Part shown: positions 45,201-49,980 of the stretch, piece after piece
Layout of the letters: every line of letters starts with the position of its first letter
How positions within the stretch are numbered: position 1 is the first letter of the stretch
Virus record (IMG/VR): IMGVR_UViG_3300042291_000667
Location: 1-51,428 of that record
Source: a virus
Lineage: Duplodnaviria > Caudoviricetes
DNA: 51,428 nt
Reading direction: 5' to 3' (one strand)
Notes under the pieces: generated by a model
Told to the model about the DNA's origin: nothing
Database searches by the model: none
Seen by the model: the letters and a program-made list of their open reading frames with translations, nothing else
Translations under genes and position numbers: made by a program

Positions 45201-46866
45201 CGTCACCGGCTACTACAATGATTTCAGAATTTTCTGGAAGCTTGTCTGAATACTCGCTGGCTGGCTTTCCTTTTGCACCATCGAAGATGTCGTTGACAAG
45301 ATTGCCACCTGTCGGCGTCTCAGGCAGCGATGCTTCTTCAGACATCGACTGAATATCAGCGAGTTTTATTTCGCGCTCTTCGCCGTTTTCGTCTGTGCCC
45401 TTTACTGATGTGTCAGTAACTTCTGTCGGCTTGAGAGCTACGTCTTGGCCGTTTACGTTAAAGCGAATACCTTTGTCATCACCAACTGCGTCTTGAAGCT
45501 GCTCGGCAAACGAGTCAGACTCTTCACGAAGAATTTGTGGCTTGTCGGCTGCGTTCTTGCGGCCCTTTGCTTCTTGCTCAGCAACCCAGGCTTTTTGCGC
45601 TGCGTCGTCACCGTCGAGGCTGTTGTACTTTTTAAGATCAGCTTCGTAGTCGTTTTGGTCGCGACTAATAACGTCTTCTACATCTGCCCATGTGTCGACA
45701 GCAGGGAAATCTACAAAGTCAAGTTCTTGACGAGCGGGCTGCAGTTGTGGCTGGCGGTGTGTAGCCCGACCTGCGGAACCAGGACCAACATTTTCATAGT
45801 CTTCGGTGTGGTTGTATTTACCGACACCGTTGACGACATAACCATCTGGAGACTCCCATTGAGTAGCGTATTCTTTGCCGCTCGAGTCCTTTGCCATTTT
45901 TACTGGCTTCCAACCGTCAGGAGCTCCAGTCTTTGATTGGATCATCTGCGCCCCTGATACGAACACGTCATCAGGCTGCACTTCGCCCTGGTCAGGAAGA
46001 CCTTCAAGTCCTTCTTGAGGAATGATTGCCTTTACTGCAGTACCTTTGTTTGACGGTACCTTTACAATTTGACCGGCAACATTAATTCCATTGCTTCCGC
46101 GCATGAGCTCAACCTCGACAAGGCCACTATTCGCGTCTGCTTCTGTACCACGGCCGACAACACGACCGGAAAAGCTGCGGAATGAGCCATCGACCATCTT
46201 CATCTTGAATGAAAAGCCACCGCCCATGAATGCGAATCGACCATAGCGGTCACGGCGCTGAAGCTTCGCGCGCATCGAACGCGCAGCGCGAGAGTTGCCG
46301 CCAACAAAGCTCAAAAGACCAGCAACAAGAGGAACTGGAGTATAAGTGCGGACGATTTCAACGTCGCCAATGTCAATCGCTGCAGTAATTGGTACAAGCT
46401 GTGGACCAGCAGCGATAAGGCGAGCAAATGCGTGTTGACGTTCGATCGAACCTGGCTCTAACGAGTGAGCACTCGCAACAAGAGCTCTAATCGAATCGTC
46501 GACAAGTGGATCTGATGCGACCCATTGTGCGCGAGCAGAACGAAGCGCGCTAGCCGACATCGCGTGAGGCGCTGTTGAGAATGGGTGCCCGATTGGAAGC
46601 AAGTCTGAGTTTTCAAGAGATGAAACAGTTGCTTTTGAGATAGTCGCGAGCGAGATAAACGAAGACAGCGCGCGAAGAGCTGAGAATGATCGAATCTCTT
46701 GCGATGAGTTGCTTGTGTATGCTAGGCTACGGTCAACTACAGCCAGTGCTGCTTGGCGTGTAACTTGGCGCTCTGGTCTAAATTTAGAGTTTGATTTATT
46801 TACGAGTGCAATGGCTTCTGCACGAAGCTGATCAAGCCACTTTGTGTCACGTCTACGCTTGCTCAC
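27232..46866 (-). CDS. Giant polyvalent protein (WYL x4, KTSC, ART x4-5, kinase-like x2, DEDDh exonuclease, SF1 helicase, ParB-like, Nudix x2)
   Basis: Uninterrupted 6544-aa ORF with many recognisable catalytic motifs; GTGA overlap with the upstream gene and a 2-nt gap to the downstream gene. Confidence 0.92.
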   Translation of the reverse strand: MSKRRRDTKWLDQLRAEAIALVNKSNSKFRPERQVTRQAALAVVDRSLAYTSNSSQEIRSFSALRALSSFISLATISKATVSSLENSDLLPIGHPFSTAPHAMSASALRSARAQWVASDPLVDDSIRALVASAHSLEPGSIERQHAFARLIAAGPQLVPITAAIDIGDVEIVRTYTPVPLVAGLLSFVGGNSRAARSMRAKLQRRDRYGRFAFMGGGFSFKMKMVDGSFRSFSGRVVGRGTEADANSGLVEVELMRGSNGINVAGQIVKVPSNKGTAVKAIIPQEGLEGLPDQGEVQPDDVFVSGAQMIQSKTGAPDGWKPVKMAKDSSGKEYATQWESPDGYVVNGVGKYNHTEDYENVGPGSAGRATHRQPQLQPARQELDFVDFPAVDTWADVEDVISRDQNDYEADLKKYNSLDGDDAAQKAWVAEQEAKGRKNAADKPQILREESDSFAEQLQDAVGDDKGIRFNVNGQDVALKPTEVTDTSVKGTDENGEEREIKLADIQSMSEEASLPETPTGGNLVNDIFDGAKGKPASEYSDKLPENSEIIVVAGDGDVLYGRNEDGSYYIAEMTVPDDEIKAEPIDPSDSDMMEFLKEQFVDSTPGQVPSVFYRGAFVDGEHEKKYLRSLPETPTGGPTQPKPPSSRVSGPLEPGESGPGWTAYGSSKLSYSHQPNTDSVYSAHTITERVGTDGSTYEVWRMGWGVANQAYGDNINVARGLPSWNDAIDAIDADMVEVNKINAEANEKAAAAEKAAEAARYIPLGDRGAPGDKNPVAGITETRWIKQSGNVRMSDGSQTIYFDEEDGDGIYDAQKDGFRIVSGTGGGSEQREVPKYRPSTGVTRDLLPFESRQQLENAINAVISKGDNIRFKYGAKDIVFQPSKIYDNKKNGNRNVTGWSVTDGDERTYNVDKISAMPEASKAPQAAEAPIDAASAAEDFVYGRVSDTEFLQKIRGLEEAGEISSDQAQKIGDVVADYDNGGGDLDKDDLFSTLNNIISGEVSQEPDTVDFNSYTDPLVDLNRRRVEMAMDKKQKLRVNYKGKDRIIDPQRLWVNPKTGKELVTALDMSDGGKEKNFFVDDLYGPDKPSGQIDRPVLTTLSDEEIANAQQNATNFREKIANDPDFKKFVQDSPRNTGVQQLLDTYESKPQEGPVDLTSIDQDGLRSAIEGAIASGKDVSFLYHEKPRVVTPIEITVNPKNNRPKLRGFEYAADAEKEFFLDKFAKPVDSKLKQTELDDIVNLPQEDLDQIVDALWPAPAAPAAQPVARAKETGLQEIDTKGSTAVNRAAYDPQTQDLFIQFGSKDGKGGGIYKYSDVPQDFVDRFAAADSLGKMIPELKKSGKSDKVDEFPATGAAAQLAEDLAYRRAAAREFFTALSKVMEVYNLDFEDLFGLGVEEEVERGDRGLARSAINQFDEAFNSITSVFTMPMPQSDIDEAVAQFFSKYKKAKKVWVRSLGEAFDFSRTGRGDYVSLEDYEYDQDLAEAFKSDPSTLIEGMRRGPRKFIFDIGYAEDVEETIRRYTEDYGFTAELTGSDWHGGYPGVEVTVDDSSIASTDLANMLGLSPEDYAAAQKQGDKMLAGYRVDLPDFYAEGGEDYVQNQQDVDQWTSKNAVQVEARFVEPGVVRFFGSPEDLRDAIAIAAGEDRVDELMANVYRERPSDEVPASIPGEIDDSQTIESTDAPSVFSEAVFDDAFPAVGEGFYKINIFDRYVPKGAADDVQSSDYTDDPAVLANKYSAITLLWALKNAISPDEETGAPATGYGLLKFDKADEYVSAEAIYDAVSRLGIGDVEVILAGIYDAGVGGEENTDRALERSAIRARDAANAPIDSFSKSIIDMTDSSRSSQIDQAKILNGMLANPDSASRVVRSLENFVEPNDKLVDIADRLMWIQDNDPDEQSVNMGTFLDQYLPLATSPSDTDRDAFRGVWGMLMSTDGGDSIDFEGLTDSDDHFRARVFQALVRAEGSELAAQDAYEELIGAYGGYPEFVIGRQRLADGEDDLNSKTTAAAFARLVAAAARPNVEKLYRYVGVSKDNSALLDMYITKGSVFDMDPRSFTSSDVTKGDPEQQDSRNKGFDRVYFVLEPGDGMTVSAHHISPFENEKEHFGYGTFEVLSVESSFIKLGSIQEKHIVRIKQVSSRGQNTDYEPTTENLVPDYGDISMWKEVKVASQAGSNEGGYFKDPYGKKYYIKKGRSQSHVDNETLATAFYNELGLPSPAQGFGMRDGELYLVSPIISDEGNFRGMLRNEEFMSQVRDGFAVDAWLSNYDVTGMEYDNIVPGSDGQPFRIDNGGALRWRATGGSKPWFDEDVTELDTMRDPDLARIKAAAVVFGGMTEDDVARSARRLLDISPSRIIDMVASAIKDPDEAREVSRILIARREQILSRYGLDTVNPDADILGEPTSLATSMGYAARDLQPEDITAGDSFTIERVFHDADTPKGKISVEGYFPGHETQRKEWNEGTVIDVFRGAPIPPKGDKPALHRPKRPFEPKAPAFTGSAAELIDGASGWEEVRERLRNTELVFFDYETTGFPDRDKGDFSTNQPVQLGAVRVVNGEVVDRFNMHMSPGEPLGLWSRENLKRDGGVILTDEWLSEQPGKDDVHRQFTEWAGENAIFGAHNAPFDIGVFNGVIADAGIDYTPAGVIDTLKLSQQFMPSKSQKVKPDANGPLNHKLKTLVEFFGGTLEGWHSADADAEAVGNVLDGIIRAINDKPLPDLAKDAQKYERDKENFDRAKKEYAQALLDYETAKAVAAAWNCGGGGIKASGDPYGEDCNVPSIDDIIKRATPDESDFVDPDGLHSGPTDGSSSPLPDRGADDLEDYIIPFPESVDPADLFKGEKFTPTLQQQNIIAAWLTGEDVVVLAKAGTGKTTTLTLGARVIQGLEPSKRLLYIAYNRSVADEASAKFPPNTVVKTSDAVAYNFMRLQYPDLFKKFKSDTALFNKDDIAKFLGLSKVKIGDEVYEASEIASMVQDTVFKFEISSNPMLNMGHVFEADVPSELSDVVFSAAQTYWSDILNPDGKMPFAFNEMKKLWSMSKPDFSGTDSGVDRSIDVVMLDEAQDTNDAVGSVVLNQSIQVIMVGDPDQAIYQFNGAKDQLQNAVAPYRLPLTESWRYGPEIGGFANRFLALKERVHGVETNRGIGRGPAGQVLPAGTMTDAEAVIVRSNAGAFKDILVEIEAGRTVGVTKSFYADLKGFIEAAEWLKAGGASSGKKRPVRMPEDLRGFRSWKDVAEEAAKGEKSDLGTKTGILIEIVEEEGIEGLYDLLGKIQQIESVSDAKKSMGGDTGTAARSEFDLPDELGVGAYGQLTDGISFSIDPVGVIITGKKTFPYKETLKKVADWNGKSKVWKISASTDASRRAALEKLQNLIRDLEGYGSTPEARAGQGIDVVVSTAHQMKGLEFGRVRVGTDFRGPRKDKTTGEIIWPNISEFNLAYVTATRAINALDPGSLDWIYDSTSANDESSFPELAGQEAEVEAEEQDATPVPEVTDESGDGGAEEPPAITTAPGGDGPSDDEQAVYDALDTVFYAIQDAADTKGNKDFGAKAGINALIDMRKKLSVIFSGNPALNDLIDETITGIETKKFSDPEDGVVDAQKKLPAIFGREAAQEPGTVETAQDDSADIVTAPDMPSVDEPMTDEQVSEVVEETPQLVEAGSFNLEFIRDRFAEVDNMFNEAASNMKRSLSKDIVADVREGVNEVLRDLVAGNITLDDAYEKLAEVADSVPEVPLTSKNPDAAEIEALRDYVNSIRDAIEEVKYGRRLSEHLPPPELLNKVGEPMGTSKNGILIRRGMRVRDKNGFAGRVLDYNKTDWLGVFVRFDLDPREQGAVKKGNWGPGVARMIRTASTLDVIGEDEAPWADVRNDAQKKKDEDKGNDPRPPSFDQQLEIYNNMIQRRNEETWSGEESDRSDDDDDDGGGDPDGGGTGPTPSDDGGGGGNFPKVEAPQGAPEAPEDIAELARWNKVKPIQDPAQFLSEIEDDLWRESSQYAKFIYKWEDNQSYDDYFLDGAYYYTGGGAEEVNSWLAGLKSDAEGATKRDEKWFNAVVKTLDKLISLFPKTKKDMLVYRGVDKRRKNEPLIDMLSSLQPGDEFNNVAYSSTSIVESVAQKFKGKAGYLLEIVVPKGSRGFFVDPANGSKVEDDEAYSNPESFSEMEAEFILPRNTVFKVISREGDKIKVVVVPKEKDKNKTEDLSSASVEAEAPEALTTKDLSLIQDQVDPKFLDPQKTPQKDDGDELISAQELMGLPAENAYGLSLLDGESEEYLNNQRESNAYGLNQRVRSEGVFTPIIVREWKDGTRSVYDGHHRLIAAFDNNPDFQVPVVIEKVDSNFEDEFYSAKPKETLTPVKNTKKYQEDLGEIYDNALGDDVNDANAAAMRLYQEDPNMWVATNYRLRGTKPASRIEEEHNVELSDLDTIIKAFDEEIDKVPGLPINTLLYRGTRNRSAEKLFSLAVGEEFTDLGFVSTSLEYDTAEMFSRDVDVLSGVILEIEAPAGTKGISLAAYFGDTVDTETEVVLARGTTFVVKSKTDATDGDSRKMRIAIIDQTTSVEQEPVKADEDNVTYNDIENWTKVGPKKGSNEGGTFRDQNGNDYYVKEPRSTLHAQNEALAAALYKELQVPAVEVLLGEKNGELRTVSPIVESIGVLGYNPERSVIEKLQEGFAVDAWLANWDIAGLTFDNVIIDKDGNPIRVDPGGALMWRAQGEPKGKMFGDVVGEIDTLRSESKAPEASVIFGDMTDDQVKESAKVLLNISPERIDEIVDSIISDFADAADLKMKLRNRRQSILDRFGLTDADKLDEPVEETPTEEQVPDNSTEMVTTLGADVSMPNVLVEGRGAAPDHTPRDKELVARLVAEGPQAMGSQFVENWAKLYEEYDGSDTEAKDAAMFMWEMNINSIENRAKTDELVQNAVIGIFASTMSYIKDTLPPAPFSGTGRPQLRRDLAEWREDFPTDLVQKDRLSEKAFWTDLARYFDTPELIDIEMTPASAFLRILRAWEGSGNPPQEYDRFLSFYDKKITDDDHPLKYMLTPGQEVVLRPSSWTNADELTNFDEFLSAAIKGSPSDYEDYEQVGDQISPLEVGHVVLRVAVDSAYAIDQLSHVKSEKESIIPNGRYRVKSVERVNESLDFDDNEFIPYTRITLEVVPLERKKKAAPSEALAEAAGELGVNIDAYYDEALDIDDVEQATNKFSLAKTEHMTASDAVIIKPSDEGDLIAMIEREFGPFRGAYALPGGMLDAGETFAQAADREMQEEVGFDAANAVSRKNLGSVTDSPDWDPRFVNGVSVGAVSYVVPDGTELTAQDDARAALWVPIEDLANGIYPIAFGHAAWLAEHYKDDPVLGQKFEVIVEASKERNSRLIEKINKVREELGEPTFTQYGKDAPWWSPVAAVEETTEDLNGPLQLDYKEWRGGSITYVDEAGVTVGIDIRYDDVYALKNGSLEPPALPFFVPLYSSGAQDSGEGYYFAKSGKRYWGRYGAAGALLRRVKEDGTLEYLLAKRSANISAGGGQWAWPGGAHKDKKHAQSPQLTAYEELKEELGVYPEGIDPIATHTNFVEPDWQYETMIVDVTNNSSLTDSLKISDDENSDLGWFTEDDIRDLNDNGMLHPAVASSIEQVLAISRVYDSPLELPVYEPKEQPEMVGAQKITQTGRPKVTPENPLPLSASAIDGTYSVMDAIHHVKNSDDIAVSTFVDGGDIEDLEVRASIVVDEPTGEKKLSLRFKLTAWAADRLLDPIRFVRNNNKEDVINPAKRKALKLSGDLSEAEITEKPVMPAQFYVDPASGTVVRTGGPAKIVKVSAAQADTNRPVIYEGSILVIDDSKGKTGAVYEIVDEDGEEFFVPDYNIPIQERPYAHDESAVSYDNTVRIYLPLDATEDQIAAALRAAGVQDVRAGTNEDLKVIAENRLLSIFKQYTDPAKNVEDQQVRDELLDSIKKTENVTVDDIEFRISDTGRVEMMFSEEKAKELAQRLEIDRFEHEVPNMRAGMMYYVDNPNIMFGGISAVPREYTATAAAKSILRTMSANRLNSTMTRLLEGNQDTGLSSDSDIKKGSADYVFTTPMNVKTSLSDFTSEDSAHDLSNTIFVFSAEKLLRRLDIYGNREDQFGQRFNNHDIYAEIDLSTYRSAYEAMFKHDVDFGEYLTYISVAEDIRNEILDMLSQSGITTMYGIPVEELFVVHGDVPNRERIAKQIAENADLVEDIEQKQLSMGANPLEFRAFTNVVAKVWDFESDTGTTWFMPAPDGSKILGLVRPGSENPTMDIYVQEPSGGLYLYSGSDAESLTAYDMTTEYMRRAVSKSGLTHTLSILDSNDSGIEKFFTYMYGTEDNNVFSGFSKLGISKFDLPQYVPAGVINHYLSEDTWRESLNNLIEWYYDDNGTRKTTDISMSTVLASWAVSNMPIEAREALETMIDTLADGIRPVVSAGTPTSAAPSYVSSLEYFIETGNIIGGIAGLETTYNSGEKTITVIYTVKRRVLEKEDGKIAIVLAVATDNGTRLFELKEPTDLIFNKKTGIGTFSTASAQYRIQPLESVYAEHDNETKKNRQAK
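44956..45331. repeat. Exact 28-bp direct repeat pair (44956-44983 and 45304-45331)
   Basis: gccacctgtcggcgtctcaggcagcgat occurs twice, 348 bp apart and in frame, encoding SLPETPTGG. Confidence 0.9.
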
Positions 46867-48149
46867 AGCGAATCAACCTTCCTACGCGGAAGAAGATCCG
46901 CGTCTTTGCTATTGTACAATGAAACGGAAAGATTCTTTGCACGTTCAAATGGATTTTCATTGTCTTTCACACCTCGTGTCCATGCCGCTTTAAGGGCTGG
47001 GATCACAGAGTAACTAAGACCTGAATATTCGGCCATTGCTACAAGAGCCTCGTTGGGAGACGCGTACTCTTTTTCGTTTTTCAAAGTGATGTACATCTCA
47101 GACTCAGCAACCATCGACGCGGTCACGGCTGTTGAAGCTCCTCGCGAAGATTTTGGGTGCCCTGCCGGAAGAAGATCATTGTCTTGTACGTATCCAGGAA
47201 CCGGAGAAGATCCAGACGCAAGAAGGCGCAAGAATGTATTTACTCTCGACGCAGCAACCGCATCGCGACTTGTTGTATCGCTCAAGTTGCCAATGTACTC
47301 GTGCGCGCCTCTGCGATAGACAGCGCGCAGTGTCGACAATGTAGCTTTACGACCGCCAGGAGCTTTTTCATTGTGTGCTGACATTTTTTCTTTGAGCATC
47401 TCGTCAGTGTTCTTTGAGAAGAAGACTTTGCGCTTAGCACTTGCAGTGACTGCTGTCTTTTTTTCTGGATGATCTTGCTTTTGCTTTACAGTTGCTGCTA
47501 CGACAACCATTTGAGATCTGCATCCACACGTGCAGTCGAGGCCGCAGACACATGCTTCTGGAGAACACATGCAACCTTCTGAGCAGCATGGTGCCGCTGG
47601 AATAGGCTGGGCTTCAACGATGGTGGGTACAACAATCTCAGCGACTTGCAGAAGACCAGCGTCAGCTTTTTCCAAGCGGCGCGATGGTTGAAGACCGGAA
47701 ATTACGCGTGCCTGCCAAGACCACTTCTTATGAGCGTCTTCGCGACCGGCGAGAAAGTCTTGGATTCCATACTCACGGCAAGTACCTGCGAGTTCTCCTG
47801 CTGCCTTGAGCTTTTCAGTGATCATCTCATTGTCGTGAAGAAACTGCATTGCCATGTCAATTGGCTCTCCAACGTGGACTGTATAGTCATCGACACACGA
47901 GCGGTCGAGCATGTCGGACAGTGAGCCAGGCGCATCAAAACCGAGCTTTAAGATGTTCTCGGCGAGACCGTCGATTGATCCGTAAAGATCTTCTTGAAGC
48001 ATTCCAAAAAATTCATGAAATTCTGAAAAGTCCTTGCCTTTAACGTTCCAATGGAATCCGTGAAGTTTCAATTGTACTGTGTAGACACTTGCAAGAAGGC
48101 AGCCAAGACTTTCGGCAAGATCTGCTGTTGAATCGTTGTGAAAGCTCAT
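46863..48149 (-). CDS. Dps/ferritin-like protein fused to a Cys-rich linker and a C-terminal head-associated domain
   Basis: KLHGFHWNVKG.DF...HEFF...DGLAENI..LG Dps signature with ferroxidase His/Asp/Glu; 9-Cys cluster; RAVYRRG...DNDLLP.GHP domain. Confidence 0.88.
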   Translation of the reverse strand: MSFHNDSTADLAESLGCLLASVYTVQLKLHGFHWNVKGKDFSEFHEFFGMLQEDLYGSIDGLAENILKLGFDAPGSLSDMLDRSCVDDYTVHVGEPIDMAMQFLHDNEMITEKLKAAGELAGTCREYGIQDFLAGREDAHKKWSWQARVISGLQPSRRLEKADAGLLQVAEIVVPTIVEAQPIPAAPCCSEGCMCSPEACVCGLDCTCGCRSQMVVVAATVKQKQDHPEKKTAVTASAKRKVFFSKNTDEMLKEKMSAHNEKAPGGRKATLSTLRAVYRRGAHEYIGNLSDTTSRDAVAASRVNTFLRLLASGSSPVPGYVQDNDLLPAGHPKSSRGASTAVTASMVAESEMYITLKNEKEYASPNEALVAMAEYSGLSYSVIPALKAAWTRGVKDNENPFERAKNLSVSLYNSKDADLLPRRKVDSL

Positions 48150-48211
48150 TTTAGTTCGCTCCTATTACCTTATGACTAGAAAATTGTACTTCATTGTAGA
48201 ACATGTCACTC

Positions 48212-49945
48212 TCACACGAAACCTTCAAAAGGATTTTCAGGCGGTGCTGGTTCTTCCGCAGTGGCAGGTGGTTGCTCAGCGGGTGCTGCTTCCGCAGCAG
48301 GTGCCGGTGCAGCGCCTTCAGCCGGTGTCTGTCCAAGCATTTGCGCAACTTCAGGAGGAATCGGTCCAACGCTTGAAGCTTGCTGATTTGAACGTACAGC
48401 ATCAACCATGTCAGGTGCGAACGCTTTAATTGTTGCCTCAGTAAGTTCAGGTGTGATCATGCCCTTTTCAAGGATGGTGCGCAGTGCAACTTCATTCGGA
48501 CTTGGAGCGTCGGCTTCACTGAATCCATGAGTACGGCGCCACGTATCAAAGCTAACTGCCATCTTGTCAAAGCCCGCATCTGCATCGGCTGCGCGGTCGT
48601 TACGCGTTGCTACTTGGCTTGGGTCATACCAGATGACAAGGCGATCGACCTGCGCCTGGTCAAAACCGTTTGCGATGAGGTACGGGCGCAAGTAGACAAC
48701 AGTCAACGCATCTGCGATCAGAAGCATAAGTGGCTCAATGTGCGCCTTGTAGAGCGATTCATCAATCTGCATGGCATTTGAGTACTTGACGTTTGCCAAA
48801 CCAGTAACGATGTCCTTAGGAACATCAAGTCCCTGGAGGATACGCTCAAGAACGCGGTCTGCGCGTTGCGCGAGTGCGGGGTCAAAGCTGCGTTCAAACT
48901 TGAACTGCTTGATCTTGTCGCCAAGTTCAGCAGGTCCACGAATAATCAATGGCACAACCGCGCTTGCTGAGTCTTCGTCGCGAATCGGCGTGGTCATCGC
49001 GTCAATGAGTTGATCCTCGAACTCGTCGGTCGTCTCCTCAGGAGTAACACCCGGGCGCGAGTCATCGTAGTCATCGTATGGGTAGTCAGGATCTGGAGAC
49101 GCTGCTACAGAAAGACCGTCAGGAAGATAGAGCGCACCAGCGTTCAAACGGGAACGCGCCGTTGCACGGAATGTGCGGTTCAAAAGCAAAAGTTCTGCAC
49201 ACATATCGAGCAGCCCACGAAGTGAAGAGTCCGCCTCTTCAGAGAATCTTGGATGTGCACGCCAGATTCGTCCAACGAATGCTTTTTCAGGAAGTGCAAG
49301 AATACCATTTTGCACGCGCTGAGAATGTCCACCCTTGCCAAGTAAGTCACGGCGTGAAACGATCCCGTAGTTATTCTTAGAGTCAATCTGGACCTCGTCA
49401 ACTGAGCGAATATCCCAGGATTCAACGATGCCGCTTCCGAGGCGGGCTGGCATCTGTACGAGGTAGCACTCTCCGGTCACGGAGATGTTTAGAGCCGCGT
49501 CGCGCAGCAAACCTGCTTGACCGCCATACGCTGAGTCTAGGCGCGCTAGAGCGCGCTCTGCGGCGGCCGCAAGGCGCTGGTCGACAGTACTTGAATTACG
49601 TACAGGTACTGGCGTTTCAGCGGGGTTTTCTGTTACTGCGGCATAAAGGCGAATTCTTGAGACAACAGATGCCACGAGGTTAAAAGCGTACTTGATTTCG
49701 CCAATTGCGTCGTAATACTCCCAGGCTTCTGATTGCCATGCGGAAGACGGTGCCTGGCGGCGCATCTTGAATTGCTCAGCTTCGCCTTTATCATTGAGAC
49801 GGATCTGAGTTGCGGCCGCGGTAATCGTTCGCGGTGTCCCGTAGGTTGCCGCCTGCGCGGGAGTCAGACCTGAAAAGTACGTAAGTGGCGACGAGGCTGT
49901 GCTCTGTCGTGCTGTACTTGATTGCTCTCGGCGAAAAACGCCCAT
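48212..49945 (-). CDS. Portal protein
   Basis: 577 aa; WQSEAWEYYD.IGE, V.GECYL, RIWR.HPR...ADS, D..S.SAVVP.I, GLDVP..I..G motifs of actinophage portals; first gene of the head block. Confidence 0.88.
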   Translation of the reverse strand: MGVFRREQSSTARQSTASSPLTYFSGLTPAQAATYGTPRTITAAATQIRLNDKGEAEQFKMRRQAPSSAWQSEAWEYYDAIGEIKYAFNLVASVVSRIRLYAAVTENPAETPVPVRNSSTVDQRLAAAAERALARLDSAYGGQAGLLRDAALNISVTGECYLVQMPARLGSGIVESWDIRSVDEVQIDSKNNYGIVSRRDLLGKGGHSQRVQNGILALPEKAFVGRIWRAHPRFSEEADSSLRGLLDMCAELLLLNRTFRATARSRLNAGALYLPDGLSVAASPDPDYPYDDYDDSRPGVTPEETTDEFEDQLIDAMTTPIRDEDSASAVVPLIIRGPAELGDKIKQFKFERSFDPALAQRADRVLERILQGLDVPKDIVTGLANVKYSNAMQIDESLYKAHIEPLMLLIADALTVVYLRPYLIANGFDQAQVDRLVIWYDPSQVATRNDRAADADAGFDKMAVSFDTWRRTHGFSEADAPSPNEVALRTILEKGMITPELTEATIKAFAPDMVDAVRSNQQASSVGPIPPEVAQMLGQTPAEGAAPAPAAEAAPAEQPPATAEEPAPPENPFEGFV

Positions 49946-49980
49946 CTAAAACTCCTCGTCGCTAGAACGGAACTAGTCGG

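Noticed and set aside
27232-46866. Inteins or introns as the cause of the giant ORF length
   Set aside because: No C/S-start...HN-C/S/T intein termini or LAGLIDADG/HNH motifs were recognised; the helicase and nuclease motifs are contiguous.
48151-48405. 84-aa minus-strand ORF overlapping the portal 3' end as a frameshift extension
   Set aside because: Low-complexity off-frame reading of the Pro/Ala tail, with no slippery site or motif to support it.
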